Positions 36,460 through 46,236 of a DNA stretch of 57,520 nt are shown in pieces; position 1 is the first letter of the stretch; every line of letters starts with the position of its first letter. The stretch is from Actinomycetota bacterium. Its GTDB lineage: Bacteria > Actinomycetota > Geothermincolia > Fen-727 > Anoxymicrobiaceae. Both the position numbers and the translations under genes were made by a program. The notes under the pieces are model-generated. The model worked only from the letters and a program-made list of their open reading frames with translations, was not told the origin of the DNA and made no database searches. The stretch is taken from NCBI GenBank assembly GCA_020062425.1, contig JAGUWJ010000070.1:1-57520 (forward strand). Direction: 5' to 3'.

Positions 36460-37794
36460 ATGAAGAAAAGCACCACAACAATCCTGATCGTTTTTCTGGT
36501 CGCGTTGATGCTGTTGTTGCCGGCCGCTTCCGGCGCATCAATCATGAACGCCTGCGCCGCGGAGCAGGACCTCTACACGGCACGCACACTGGACGGAGTG
36601 GACCTGGTTGTGAAACGGTACCGTCCCGACGACTCGAGCGCGCTGAACATCGGTGCGCAGCCGCTGATACTCATGCCCGGCGTCATCTGCAACCATAACC
36701 TCTTCGACGTGCTCACCCCGGATTGCGAGTCCTACGAGGTCACGCTCCCCGGGACTCTGGCGCCGTGGGCTGTAGGTGATGCCTACATCCAGGCCGATCC
36801 CATGAAGTACTAAAGCCTCGCCTTCTATCTCTGGCAGCAGGGCTACGACGTCTGGCTTGCAAACTACCGCGGGCAGGGAAGGGCTCCCGTGCTGAGCGGC
36901 GGCGCGACCGGATACGCCATCGACGAGCTGGGCATCTACGACATGCCCGCCATAATCACCAAAGTCAGAGAGGTGACCGGGCAGAAGCCGGTGTGGATCG
37001 GCCACAGCCTGGGGACGGTGATGGCCTTCGTGTACCTCCAGGGAGCGAAGTTCAGCTCGCCCACAGACGCGAACTCCGACGTGGTATCCGATCCCGGCCT
37101 GGCTGCCGAACGCAACAACGGGAGCGGGGCGCAGGCGTTGAAGGGGCTCGTGAGCCTCGACGGCCCCGTAGTGCCGGGAGGTTCGATCCCGCTGCTCATG
37201 CAGCCGATACTGTGGACCTCCCTATCGGTTCCCCTGTACCTAGACTTGAGGCCGTTCACCGCAACGCTCGGAGGGGTAGCAGCCGACCCGATAATGGCCT
37301 TCGAGTCAACGGCACAGTATCTGTGGGGTCTGGTGGGCTATCCGGACTTGAGCCTGCTGAACCTCGCCATGCTGATAAAGCCGGAGAACATGGACAGCAA
37401 CGTTTCTGAGTACTTCTTCAAGTACGTGCTGAACGGCGTGAGCACCCGGGTGGTAGCCCATATCTCTGACGAGATCGTCCAGGGGAAACTGAGAGAGGAT
37501 TACCGCAATGGATTCCTCAACTTCCTCCGGGTGAGCCCGCCCCCGGCGTGGTGCTGGGACGGCTACTATTACTATTCGGACAACCTCCACAAAATAACCC
37601 TGCCCTCGCTGGTCATAGCCGACTCCACGAGAAACATCGCCAACCCCGAGGATATCAAGTGGTTCTACGACGCGAAAACCCGCGACGCGGCCGACGCGTA
37701 CTTCCAGATACCCGGCACCGCGCACGTGGACCTGGTGATGGGGAAGAACGCGCCGTACGAGCTCTTCCCGAAGATAACCGACTGGCTCGAGTAG
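36460..37794 (+). pseudogene. secreted alpha/beta hydrolase (lipase-like) interrupted by an in-frame TAA
   Basis: Signal peptide ORF ends ...PMKY-TAA (36811-36813); the same frame continues SLAFYLWQQGYDVWLANYRG into the 36889 ORF carrying GHSLG and AHVDL. Confidence 0.8.
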
Positions 37795-37840
37795 CAGCGG
37801 AAGCTAAGAACTAAAGACTGATCCGCCAGGACAGCCCGAA

Positions 37841-37882
37841 GGCCGCCTCCCCGGATTGTACCGTCCGGGGGGCGGCTTCCTT
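37841..37882 (+). terminator. GC-rich hairpin, possible intrinsic terminator
   Basis: GCCGCCTCCCCGGA-loop-TCCGGGGGGCGGC followed by a weak TTCCTT tail. Confidence 0.45.
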
Positions 37883-38141
37883 ATGCACGTAGAGCTAAGG
37901 GCGTGAAGCCCGACGGAGTCAACGAAATAGGCCGGGCTGGAGCAGTTGGAGAGTATGGTGTTCCTCTTGACGATCTCGATCTCAGACTAGCTTTCTTACA
38001 AGAAGTAGGCCGGATTCAGATGCTTGCATATCTTTTTGATTTCTGTATTATAGATTCCCACTAGTCACTGGCGTTGATTGTTGCCCTGTGCAGCCCGATT
38101 ATGAGGAGAGTTCTTCGCCCGGGATGAGGAGTTGACTCCAA

Positions 38142-40832
38142 GTGGCGAGTACCTCTATCCGTATAGACGGGAAACGAGCTTCAGTCTATCCTGACTCAAC
38201 AATCCTTGCCCTTGCCCGCAGCCTTGGCGTTTCGATTCCAACACTGTGCGACCACCCTCTCCTTACTCCCATAGGTTCCTGCGGTGTTTGCGTTGCGGAA
38301 GACCTTTCAAGCGGAAGACTCGTGACCACGTGTAACACACCTGCTGAGCCTGGCATGGATATAAGAACGGATTCGCCGAGGGCCCTCGAGGCTAGGAGGC
38401 GAACGCTCGAACTCATTCTTACCAATCACCCCGAGACATGCGTTATATGCGAGAAAGGAAACGCCTGCCAGCTGCGCGATCTCGCCTCTGGAATGGGCCT
38501 CGCGCTCTCGAGCGAGAAGCGTGTCGGTACCCTGCGCGGGATAGTGGACGCGAACCCGTTCATCCACCGTGACCTGTCCAAATGCATCGGCTGCCAGATC
38601 TGCGTGCGAGCCTGCAGGGAAATACAAGGCGCCGAAGCCGTGGAGTTCACCGGGATCAGCACGGGCAGCTCGCCACTGACGGCGAATGACAGCGAGCTAG
38701 CCGGCTCCGCCTGCGAGCTGTGTGGCCTCTGCGTCGCGATGTGCCCGGTGGGCGCACTCATCGAGAAACCGAGCAAGCATACAGGCACTGAGGATCGAAG
38801 GGCTACGGTAATTTGCCCCTACTGCGGGGTGGGCTGCACGCTCGAACTACGCATCCGCGAAGACCGTATCGTCGGCGTGGGTGCGGACGTAAGCGGCTCC
38901 GTGAACGGACCAAGTCTGTGCGCCAAGGGCAGATACGGGCTGGGCTACGTCGGTCACCCTGACCGCCTGACAGCTCCCCTCGTCCGCGAAGGTGACGAGC
39001 TGGTCGAGACATCTTGGGAAGACGCGCTCAAACGCTTCACTGAAGGCCTGCGGCGCATTACAGAAAAGCACGGCGCGGACGCAGTCGGGGTGCTCGCCTC
39101 GGCCAAAGCGACGAACGAGGAGAACTACCTCATACAGAAGTTCACCCGCGCCTGTATCGGCACCAACAACGTCGACCACTGCGCCAGGTTGTGCCACAGC
39201 CCGACCGTCGCCGGTCTGTCGGCAGCGTTTGGCAGCGGGGCCATGACCAACTCGCTCGAGGACCTCGCCGAGGCCGATGTCATCCTGCTCACCGGGACGA
39301 ACACCATCGAGAACCACCCCGTAATCGCGCAAATGATAAAGACGGCCGTCCTCTCAGGCGGAACGCGGCTAATCGTCAGCGATCCCAGGGATATATCGAT
39401 GGCACGTTACGCTGAGGTGACCCTTAGTCCGCGGCTGGGTACCGATGTCGCCTGGCTCAACGGAATGGCGAACGTGGTGCTGAGCGAGGGGCTGGCAGAC
39501 GAGCGCTTCATCAAGGAACGCACAGAGGACTTCGACGAGTGGCGCGCCTCGGTGGAACCATACACGCCGGAGCTAGTGCGTAAGATAACGGGCATAAAGC
39601 CAGCAGACTTGAAGTGGGCCGCGCGCCTCTACGCCTCGGCGAGCGCAGCGGCCATCTATTACGCCATGGGCATTACCCAACACTCCACGGGTACAGACAA
39701 TGTCAAGGCCGTTGCCAACCTCGCGATGCTTACCGGCAACATCGGCCGGCCGGGCACCGGGGTCAACCCGCTGCGCGGTCAGAACAACGTGCAGGGCGCC
39801 TGCGACGTGGGAGCGCTGCCAAACGTCTTCCCCGGGTACCAGCAGGTTACCGACAAGAAGGTCCGTAAGGAGTTCGAGAAAGCATGGGGAGTGAAACTCC
39901 CCGCTGCGCCCGGGCTCACGGTTACCGAGATGATAGAAGCCGCGGCGAAGGGCAAGCTCAAGGCGATGTACATCATAGGAGAGAACCCCGTGATGACAGA
40001 ACCCGACGCGAGCCACGCGGAAGCGGCGCTTTGCAAACTGGACTTTCTCGTCATTCAGGACATATTCCTCACTGAATCGGCGGCGATAGCCGACATCGTT
40101 CTGCCAAGCATGGCGTCCGTCGAGAAGGAGGGTACCTTCACTAACACCGAGCGCCTTGTGCAGAGATCGCGCGCCGCCGTTCCCGCCCCCAGCCAGGCCA
40201 GGAGCGACGCGGACATCGTATGCGACATCGCGGGACTCATGAAATACCCTATGAACTACTCGGGGCCGTCCGCGGTCATGGAGGAGATATCTTCACTTAC
40301 ACCGTCATACGGCGGCATTTCCTACAGCCGGCTCGGGCGGCGCGGATTGCGCTGGCCATGCCCGGACTCGAAGCACAGGGGCACCAAGATCCTTCACTTG
40401 AAAGAGTTCACGCGGGGCAAGGGGAAGTTCCACCCCGTCGAATACATACAACCGGCGGAGATGCCCGATGAAGAATACCCGTTCATTCTCACCACCGGGA
40501 GAATGCCCTACCAGTTCCATGCCGGATCGATGTCTCGCCGGTCGGCCGCTCTCGACGAATACACGCCCGAGGGCTGGGCAGAGCTGAACCCGAGTGACGC
40601 AAAAAGTCTTGGGATAAAGGAGGGCGATCCTATAGAGTTATCCTCCAGGCGGGGCACCGTTCGAACTACCGCCCGGCTGAGCAGACGCTCTCCAAGGGGA
40701 GCGGTCTTCATGAGTTTCCATTTCGCCGAACAGGCGGCAAACAAGTTGACAAACCCCGTCCTCGATAAGGAAGGAAAGATTCCGGAGTTCAAAGTCTGCG
40801 CGGTGCGGGTCGAACCGGCCGTCCCCGAGTGA
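38142..40832 (+). CDS. fdhF: formate dehydrogenase alpha subunit (Mo/W-bisPGD, Cys ligand) with NuoG-like N-terminal Fe-S domains
   Basis: 2Fe-2S (LC...GSCGVC...TC), HxxxCxxC, two CxxCxxCxxxC, CPYCGVGC...CAKG, active-site DHCARLCH, PLRGQNNVQG, PEFK. Confidence 0.93.
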   Translation: MASTSIRIDGKRASVYPDSTILALARSLGVSIPTLCDHPLLTPIGSCGVCVAEDLSSGRLVTTCNTPAEPGMDIRTDSPRALEARRRTLELILTNHPETCVICEKGNACQLRDLASGMGLALSSEKRVGTLRGIVDANPFIHRDLSKCIGCQICVRACREIQGAEAVEFTGISTGSSPLTANDSELAGSACELCGLCVAMCPVGALIEKPSKHTGTEDRRATVICPYCGVGCTLELRIREDRIVGVGADVSGSVNGPSLCAKGRYGLGYVGHPDRLTAPLVREGDELVETSWEDALKRFTEGLRRITEKHGADAVGVLASAKATNEENYLIQKFTRACIGTNNVDHCARLCHSPTVAGLSAAFGSGAMTNSLEDLAEADVILLTGTNTIENHPVIAQMIKTAVLSGGTRLIVSDPRDISMARYAEVTLSPRLGTDVAWLNGMANVVLSEGLADERFIKERTEDFDEWRASVEPYTPELVRKITGIKPADLKWAARLYASASAAAIYYAMGITQHSTGTDNVKAVANLAMLTGNIGRPGTGVNPLRGQNNVQGACDVGALPNVFPGYQQVTDKKVRKEFEKAWGVKLPAAPGLTVTEMIEAAAKGKLKAMYIIGENPVMTEPDASHAEAALCKLDFLVIQDIFLTESAAIADIVLPSMASVEKEGTFTNTERLVQRSRAAVPAPSQARSDADIVCDIAGLMKYPMNYSGPSAVMEEISSLTPSYGGISYSRLGRRGLRWPCPDSKHRGTKILHLKEFTRGKGKFHPVEYIQPAEMPDEEYPFILTTGRMPYQFHAGSMSRRSAALDEYTPEGWAELNPSDAKSLGIKEGDPIELSSRRGTVRTTARLSRRSPRGAVFMSFHFAEQAANKLTNPVLDKEGKIPEFKVCAVRVEPAVPE

Positions 40833-42493
40833 GGAGAGGCCTCGTGGATGTGCGCGGTCCTGGGAGTGCGCTGATCGAGCGTCTGCTCGAGGAGAGCGAC
40901 AGGAAAGGGTTCCTTGAACCTGCGGCGGTAGATCGTGTTTCGCGAGAGCTTTCAGTGCCCGCGAGCAGGGGCTACTCCATCGCGGGGCAACTGGAGTACT
41001 TTCGCTTCTCTCCTTCGCCGGAGGGACAGGTGAAGATCTGTAGCGGTCCCGCTTGCAGGCTCGCCGGCTCATCGCATACAGTTCAAGCTTTGGAAGCCCT
41101 GCCAGGCGCTGGCCCGGTGCCGCTTCTGGGAAGTCCGATCTGGCATACCCCTATCCTCGCTGCAGTACCTGACAGGAAAGGCACCGCGATGGCCCGAAGC
41201 GTCAAGCCCGGAGATGAGCTGGCAACGGCGGACCTCCAGAGGGCTCCTCTGGCGACCGTAGAGGAGCCCACCAGGGAGCTTCTATCGGGCAAGGGCGAAC
41301 TGCTCGGGGGCCTCAAGCGCCGCCGCTCGCCCGCGGATTACTTCAGGTCGGGCGCGAGACGTCTCGTCATGTTCCTGGAGCGGAGCACTCCGGGAGAGAC
41401 GCTTCGCGCGATGAAAGCCTCACGCCTTATCGACACCGCCTCCGGTCACGAGGTCGCCGACATCATCGAGGATATCGCGAACGGAGAAGCGCCTTCCGGA
41501 ATGATCGTCTGCGACACGGGAGGGCGCGAGCCCGAAAACGACACCGCCTCAATCCTGGCGTGGGCAGACCCGATGGGAGTTATCGAGGGGATGCTTATTG
41601 CGGCGCACGCTGCTGGAGTGGGCCGGGTCATGCTTTTCGTGCCGCACGAGCACCGTGGGCTCAAGGAATCATTCGCCCGCTCAATTGCTGATCTCAAGCG
41701 CTATGGATTGTGGCCAGCGGTCGATGTAGAGATGTTCGCCGCGCCCAATTTCATCCCCGCCGACCGCGAGATTGGCATCGCGTCGCTCTACGAAGGTCTG
41801 ACCTTGAGCGAGGGCGCCTCCCGCGCCAAAGCTTCACCCATGCGCCTCTGGGGTGCCGATGTCTTTATTTCGGACCCTGAGGTCTTTCTGAGGATTTCTA
41901 AGTTGGTTTCCGGCCGCGGAAAAGCAGCGACGTCGAGAATCATTTCGGTAGGCGGCCGTGTCAACAGGCCATGCGTCGCCGAGGCGGCACTCACTTCGAC
42001 GGCTGGCGAGGTCATCAGTGAGTCCGCGGGCGGAATCCCCGACGGCAGTGCCATCAAGGCGGTACACTTCGGCGGAGCCTACGGTGGCCCACTCAGGCCG
42101 GTGGCGTTGAATTCTGGGCTGCGTAGCCTGTTCGGCAGGCTCGATAGCGCGGGGAGCGGCCAGATCCTTTTGATCGACCGAGACACCTGCATGGTCTCGT
42201 GGGCCGAGTACTTCGCTTGGCTCGGCGAGCAGCTTTGCTGCGGAGCATGCGCCGTGGGAAGGCTGGGGCCCTCCTTCGTGAGACGGCTGATCGGAAAAAT
42301 AACCTCTGGAAAGGGAGAGCTGTCAGACCTCGAGGAGATACGCAACACTATCGAACTCATGAAGGAGACCTCGCTTTGCCCGCAGGGCGGCAGGATCCTG
42401 AACCCGGTCCTGTTCGCCCTCGAAAACTTTTCTGGAGAGTTTGAAGAACACATTAGCAAGAAGAAGTGCCAAGCTGGAGTCTGCTGGCCATAG
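40829..42493 (+). CDS. degenerate NuoE-NuoF (HydC/HydB, FdhB-like) fusion protein
   Basis: NuoE-like N-terminus (ICSGPAC), NuoF-like body (DPMGVIEGMLIAAHA, SVGGRVNRP, KAVHFGG..GG, IDRDTCMV), C-terminal CCGACAVGRLG...SLCPQG...CQAGVC; canonical flavin/NADH motifs altered. Confidence 0.75.
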   Translation: MRRGLVDVRGPGSALIERLLEESDRKGFLEPAAVDRVSRELSVPASRGYSIAGQLEYFRFSPSPEGQVKICSGPACRLAGSSHTVQALEALPGAGPVPLLGSPIWHTPILAAVPDRKGTAMARSVKPGDELATADLQRAPLATVEEPTRELLSGKGELLGGLKRRRSPADYFRSGARRLVMFLERSTPGETLRAMKASRLIDTASGHEVADIIEDIANGEAPSGMIVCDTGGREPENDTASILAWADPMGVIEGMLIAAHAAGVGRVMLFVPHEHRGLKESFARSIADLKRYGLWPAVDVEMFAAPNFIPADREIGIASLYEGLTLSEGASRAKASPMRLWGADVFISDPEVFLRISKLVSGRGKAATSRIISVGGRVNRPCVAEAALTSTAGEVISESAGGIPDGSAIKAVHFGGAYGGPLRPVALNSGLRSLFGRLDSAGSGQILLIDRDTCMVSWAEYFAWLGEQLCCGACAVGRLGPSFVRRLIGKITSGKGELSDLEEIRNTIELMKETSLCPQGGRILNPVLFALENFSGEFEEHISKKKCQAGVCWP

Positions 42494-42535
42494 CGAATAA
42501 TCCTCTCGGTCCAGGCGGAACTGCAAGGAGTTGAG

Positions 42536-43195
42536 ATGAAGAGTATTACGGCTCGGAAGCCCCTCGAGGAAATCCTCGAGTGCCTCGGCACCGCAAAGAG
42601 GGTCTTCATCGTTGGATGCGGGACATGCCCGACCCTCCTCGGCACCGGCGGCGTCAACCAGGTGGCGGAACTCGCCGCTTCGCTTAAGGAAACGGGCAAG
42701 CGCATAGAGGGTACAACCGTGCTGCCCGTCGCGTGCGAACCGCTGCCTTTCGAGGCGCGCGGGGAGTTCCTCGCAGCCGCTGAAAAAGCCGACGCAGTCC
42801 TTGTGATGTCCTGCGCCTACGGTGTAAGGCAGGTGGCGGACATCGTCTCGGGACCAACCCTTCCCGCCTTGAATACGCTTTTTATCGGCCGCGAAGAGGA
42901 ACCTGGCCTTTTCATAGAAGAGTGCAGCCAGTGTGGAGACTGCATTCTCGGGCTGACGGGAGGTATCTGCCCGATAACCCGTTGCGTGAAGAGCCTTTTC
43001 AATGGTCCCTGCGGCGGCTCCGTTGGAGGCAAGTGCGAGATCGATGAGAAGGTGCTCTGCGGCTGGCAGCTCATCTACGACCGGCTCAAGGCACTCGGAC
43101 GCCTCGACCAGATGGACGTAATCATACCAGTGCGCGACTGGAGCAAGTCCTCCTCGGGAGGTCCGAGGAGATACTCGATGAATGAGAAGAAGTAA
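42536..43195 (+). CDS. metV: methylenetetrahydrofolate reductase small subunit MetV
   Basis: VGCGTCPT..GG, CSQCGDCIL..TGGICPITRC.KSL.NGPCGG...GKCE...CGWQLIYDRL. Confidence 0.9.
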   Translation: MKSITARKPLEEILECLGTAKRVFIVGCGTCPTLLGTGGVNQVAELAASLKETGKRIEGTTVLPVACEPLPFEARGEFLAAAEKADAVLVMSCAYGVRQVADIVSGPTLPALNTLFIGREEEPGLFIEECSQCGDCILGLTGGICPITRCVKSLFNGPCGGSVGGKCEIDEKVLCGWQLIYDRLKALGRLDQMDVIIPVRDWSKSSSGGPRRYSMNEKK

Positions 43196-43203
43196 GGCAG
43201 GGC

Positions 43204-44430
43204 ATGCGGTACGAACTGCTCTATGAGATATCGAAACCGGTCATAGAAGCGGTGGGCGAGAATAACGTCCTGCGCTCCATCGTCGAGAGCACAGCGAAGG
43301 GAACAGGCGCTAAGGGTTGCTCGATTCTGGTTCTATCGCCTGACGGCAAGCGCCTCGAGCACAAGGTCTCCTTCGGCCTGAGTGAGGAGTACCTGCGCAA
43401 AGGCGAGATAACCGTGAACGAAGCGATAAGCAAGATGCTTGAAGGCGAGCCCGCAAATATCGTAGATGTATCCCGCGACCCGGGCATCCAGTACCCCGAA
43501 CAGGCTGTGAAGGAAGGCATCGCTTCCCTACTGTCAATTCCTATACGCGGGCTGTCGGGCGATATCAAGGGGCTCTTACGGTTATATATGTCCAATGTTA
43601 AGAAGTTCGGTCGCGGTGAAATAGACTTCCTCGTCTCCATCGCCGACCTGGGAGGCATAGTCCTCGAGAAAGCGAAAACCTATGACCGCTTGGTCGGCGA
43701 CGTGGACGACGCGAAGTCCGAGATCGAGAAACTCGAACAGGACCGCGAGATGTTCTTGCGGTTCCTCTCGATGGTTGCGCATGATCTTAAGGCGCCGGTT
43801 GCGGCGGTTGAAAGCTACTTGAAGGTAATGCTTCGCGGCACCCCCGGCCCGTTGACAGAAAAGCAAGAGACCTGGCTAAGCCGCAGTATCTCGCGCCTGG
43901 ACAGCATGACCGAGCTAATAAGCGACCTTCTCGACGTCTCCCGATTGGAGACGGGGCAGATTACTCCCGAGATGGAAACGACAACACTCAACGGCGTGTT
44001 GATGGGGTGTGTCGAGACGGCTAGAGGCCTCGCGGACCCCGGGGGTGTCAAAATCGAGACGGAGATCGAGTCTCCCTTCCCAGCCTTTTTCGGTTCCGGG
44101 AGGCGGCTCGTCCAGGTCATCAACAATCTGGTATCCAACGCCGTCCGTTACACGGTAGAGGGAGGCACGATCTTCATCCGGGCGAGACAGGAGGAAGGCC
44201 ACCTGCTGGTCGTTGTAGAGGACACCGGCTCGGGAATCAAACCCGAGGTGATGTCAAAGATATTCGACGATTTCTTCAGGGGTGACCAGGAGACTGAGGG
44301 TACCGGCCTCGGCCTTTCCATATGTAAGCGCATCGTTGAACTTCATGGCGGAAGAATCTGGGCCGAGAGCCCAGTGCCCGGCAAGGCCGGTGGAACGCGT
44401 TTCTCGTTCACTGTCCCTTTGAATCGGTGA
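43204..44430 (+). CDS. cytoplasmic GAF-domain sensor histidine kinase
   Basis: GAF region (IASLLSIPI...GLLRLY), H-box VAHDLKAP, N-box NNLVSNAVRY, G1 DTGSG, G2 GTGLGL; no TM segment. Confidence 0.92.
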   Translation: MRYELLYEISKPVIEAVGENNVLRSIVESTAKGTGAKGCSILVLSPDGKRLEHKVSFGLSEEYLRKGEITVNEAISKMLEGEPANIVDVSRDPGIQYPEQAVKEGIASLLSIPIRGLSGDIKGLLRLYMSNVKKFGRGEIDFLVSIADLGGIVLEKAKTYDRLVGDVDDAKSEIEKLEQDREMFLRFLSMVAHDLKAPVAAVESYLKVMLRGTPGPLTEKQETWLSRSISRLDSMTELISDLLDVSRLETGQITPEMETTTLNGVLMGCVETARGLADPGGVKIETEIESPFPAFFGSGRRLVQVINNLVSNAVRYTVEGGTIFIRARQEEGHLLVVVEDTGSGIKPEVMSKIFDDFFRGDQETEGTGLGLSICKRIVELHGGRIWAESPVPGKAGGTRFSFTVPLNR

Positions 44431-44466
44431 AAGACCGCGGAGTAGACTCAGAAGGGGTTTATTGAG

Positions 44467-45384
44467 ATGAAAGCTGGAACGAATCTGGAGAAGGTCCTCA
44501 AGGCCGGGAACTTCGCTGTAACTGCGGAGATAGGCCCTCCGAAAGGCGGTTCGGCGAAGGTCATCGAGTCTAAGGGCGAGGAACTGAGGCACTCGGCGGA
44601 CGCTTTCAACGTGACCGACAACCAGACCGCCGTGGTCCGTATGTCCAGCCTGGCCGCCTGCGCCATACTAAGGAGAATGGGCCTCGATCCGGTCATGCAG
44701 ATGCTTTGTCGCGACCGTAACCGAATAATGCTCCAGAGCGACATCTGTGGAGCCGTGGCGCTGGGGATCGGTAACCTGCTGTGCCTTACAGGGGACCACG
44801 TGAAGTTCGGCAATCATCCCGAGTCCAAGGTCGTATTCGATATCGACTCGGTCCAGCTCATTGCCACGGTCAAGGCTATGCGGGACGGCGGCAAATTTAT
44901 CAGCGGTGAAGAGATAGCCGGGCCTATCCCTATGTTCATAGGCGCAGTCGAGAACCCTTACGCGGACCCATTCGAGTACCGCACTGCGAGGCTCGATAAA
45001 AAGGTCAAGGCCGGAGCCGACTTCATTCAAACTCAGGCCGTTTACGATGTTCCCAAGTTCTCGCAGTGGATGGATGAGATATGCGCCGCGGGCATCGACG
45101 AGCGGACTCATATCCTCGCTGGTATAATCCCGGTGAAGGCCGTCGGAATGGCGCGTTACATGCGGGACTACGTCTCTGGCGTCGAGATACCGGATTGGAT
45201 GATCAAGAGGCTCGAAAAGTCCAAAGACGTAAAGGAAGAAGGGATTCAGATAATTCTCGAAATAATAGAGGAAATCAAGCTTATCCCCGGTGTCCATGGA
45301 ATACATATCCAAGCTGTCGGCTGGGAGGAGATCGTCCCTGAGATCGTTGAGCGGGCGGGCCTGCTGCCGAGACCGATGCTGTAG
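44467..45384 (+). CDS. metF: methylenetetrahydrofolate reductase
   Basis: VTAEIGPPKG, NVTDNQ, CRDRNR, LCLTGDH, KKVKAGADFIQTQ, GIHI. Confidence 0.93.
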   Translation: MKAGTNLEKVLKAGNFAVTAEIGPPKGGSAKVIESKGEELRHSADAFNVTDNQTAVVRMSSLAACAILRRMGLDPVMQMLCRDRNRIMLQSDICGAVALGIGNLLCLTGDHVKFGNHPESKVVFDIDSVQLIATVKAMRDGGKFISGEEIAGPIPMFIGAVENPYADPFEYRTARLDKKVKAGADFIQTQAVYDVPKFSQWMDEICAAGIDERTHILAGIIPVKAVGMARYMRDYVSGVEIPDWMIKRLEKSKDVKEEGIQIILEIIEEIKLIPGVHGIHIQAVGWEEIVPEIVERAGLLPRPML

Positions 45385-45397
45385 GGAGGGGAGAGAA

Positions 45398-45802
45398 TTG
45401 GCGGCAAAGATACTCGTGGTGGATGACGACCCCGACATCAGAGACGTTCTCGAAGAACTGCTGGTTGGTGAAGGATTCGAGGTTGTGACTGCCAATGATG
45501 GCGTTCAAGGGCTTGATGCGATCAAAAAGGAAGATCCCGATATGATGATCCTTGACCTGCTCATGCCAGTGCTGGACGGATTTGGCGTGTGCAAGCAGTT
45601 GAGCGACCCACGTTGGTCTAAATGGAAGGATATGCCTGTCCTGATTCTCACCTCGGTCCGAGAAGAGGTAAGCCAGCGGCGTTACGAGCTCGAGACCGGA
45701 TTGAGCCTCGATGTCGACGACTACGTGGAGAAACCGATAGATCCCGACGTAGTACTGGAACGAGTCAGGAACTTGCTAGCTCGTAGAGATATCGATATAT
45801 AA
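45398..45802 (+). CDS. single-domain response regulator
   Basis: TTG start after GGGAGG; ILVVDDD, ILDLLMP, YVEKP. Confidence 0.9.
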   Translation: MAAKILVVDDDPDIRDVLEELLVGEGFEVVTANDGVQGLDAIKKEDPDMMILDLLMPVLDGFGVCKQLSDPRWSKWKDMPVLILTSVREEVSQRRYELETGLSLDVDDYVEKPIDPDVVLERVRNLLARRDIDI

Positions 45803-45839
45803 TAGTATTGCCCAGATATGGCAAGCTCAGGAGGATAGC

Positions 45840-46214
45840 ATGAAAAAAGTGCTTCTAGTTGATGATGACAAGGACTTCGTAGAATCCACTAAGGCGGTGC
45901 TCGAGGAGAGATTCGAGGTAATCGTGGCCAGTGACGGCGACGAGGGGATTGAAGTCGCCAGGGCGGAGAAGCCCGACCTCATCATCCTGGATGTGATCAT
46001 GCCTACCGAGGACGGCTTCAGCGCCGCCGAGGAGATGAAGAACGACCCCGAGCTTGCGGGAATTCCCATTATGATGCTTACAAGCTTCGCGGCTCGCGGG
46101 TCCCAGACAAATATCCCTCGCAGCAGGGGGATGGAGCTCCAGTCGGAGGACTACATCGACAAGCCGGTCGATCCCGACGTCCTTCTGGAGCACGCGGAGA
46201 AGCTGCTCAGCTAG
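45840..46214 (+). CDS. single-domain response regulator
   Basis: VLLVDDD, ILDVIMP, YIDKP; AGGAGG RBS. Confidence 0.92.
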   Translation: MKKVLLVDDDKDFVESTKAVLEERFEVIVASDGDEGIEVARAEKPDLIILDVIMPTEDGFSAAEEMKNDPELAGIPIMMLTSFAARGSQTNIPRSRGMELQSEDYIDKPVDPDVLLEHAEKLLS

Positions 46215-46236
46215 ATCCGCTAAGGCCACGGGCCAG

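Noticed and set aside
37883-38141. Moco/Wco, THF or SAM riboswitch upstream of fdhF-metVF
   Set aside because: No consensus elements I could recognise; a cmscan against Rfam would be needed to exclude it fully
39170-39200. Selenocysteine in formate dehydrogenase
   Set aside because: The metal-ligand codon in DHCARLCH is TGC (Cys) and the ORF is uninterrupted
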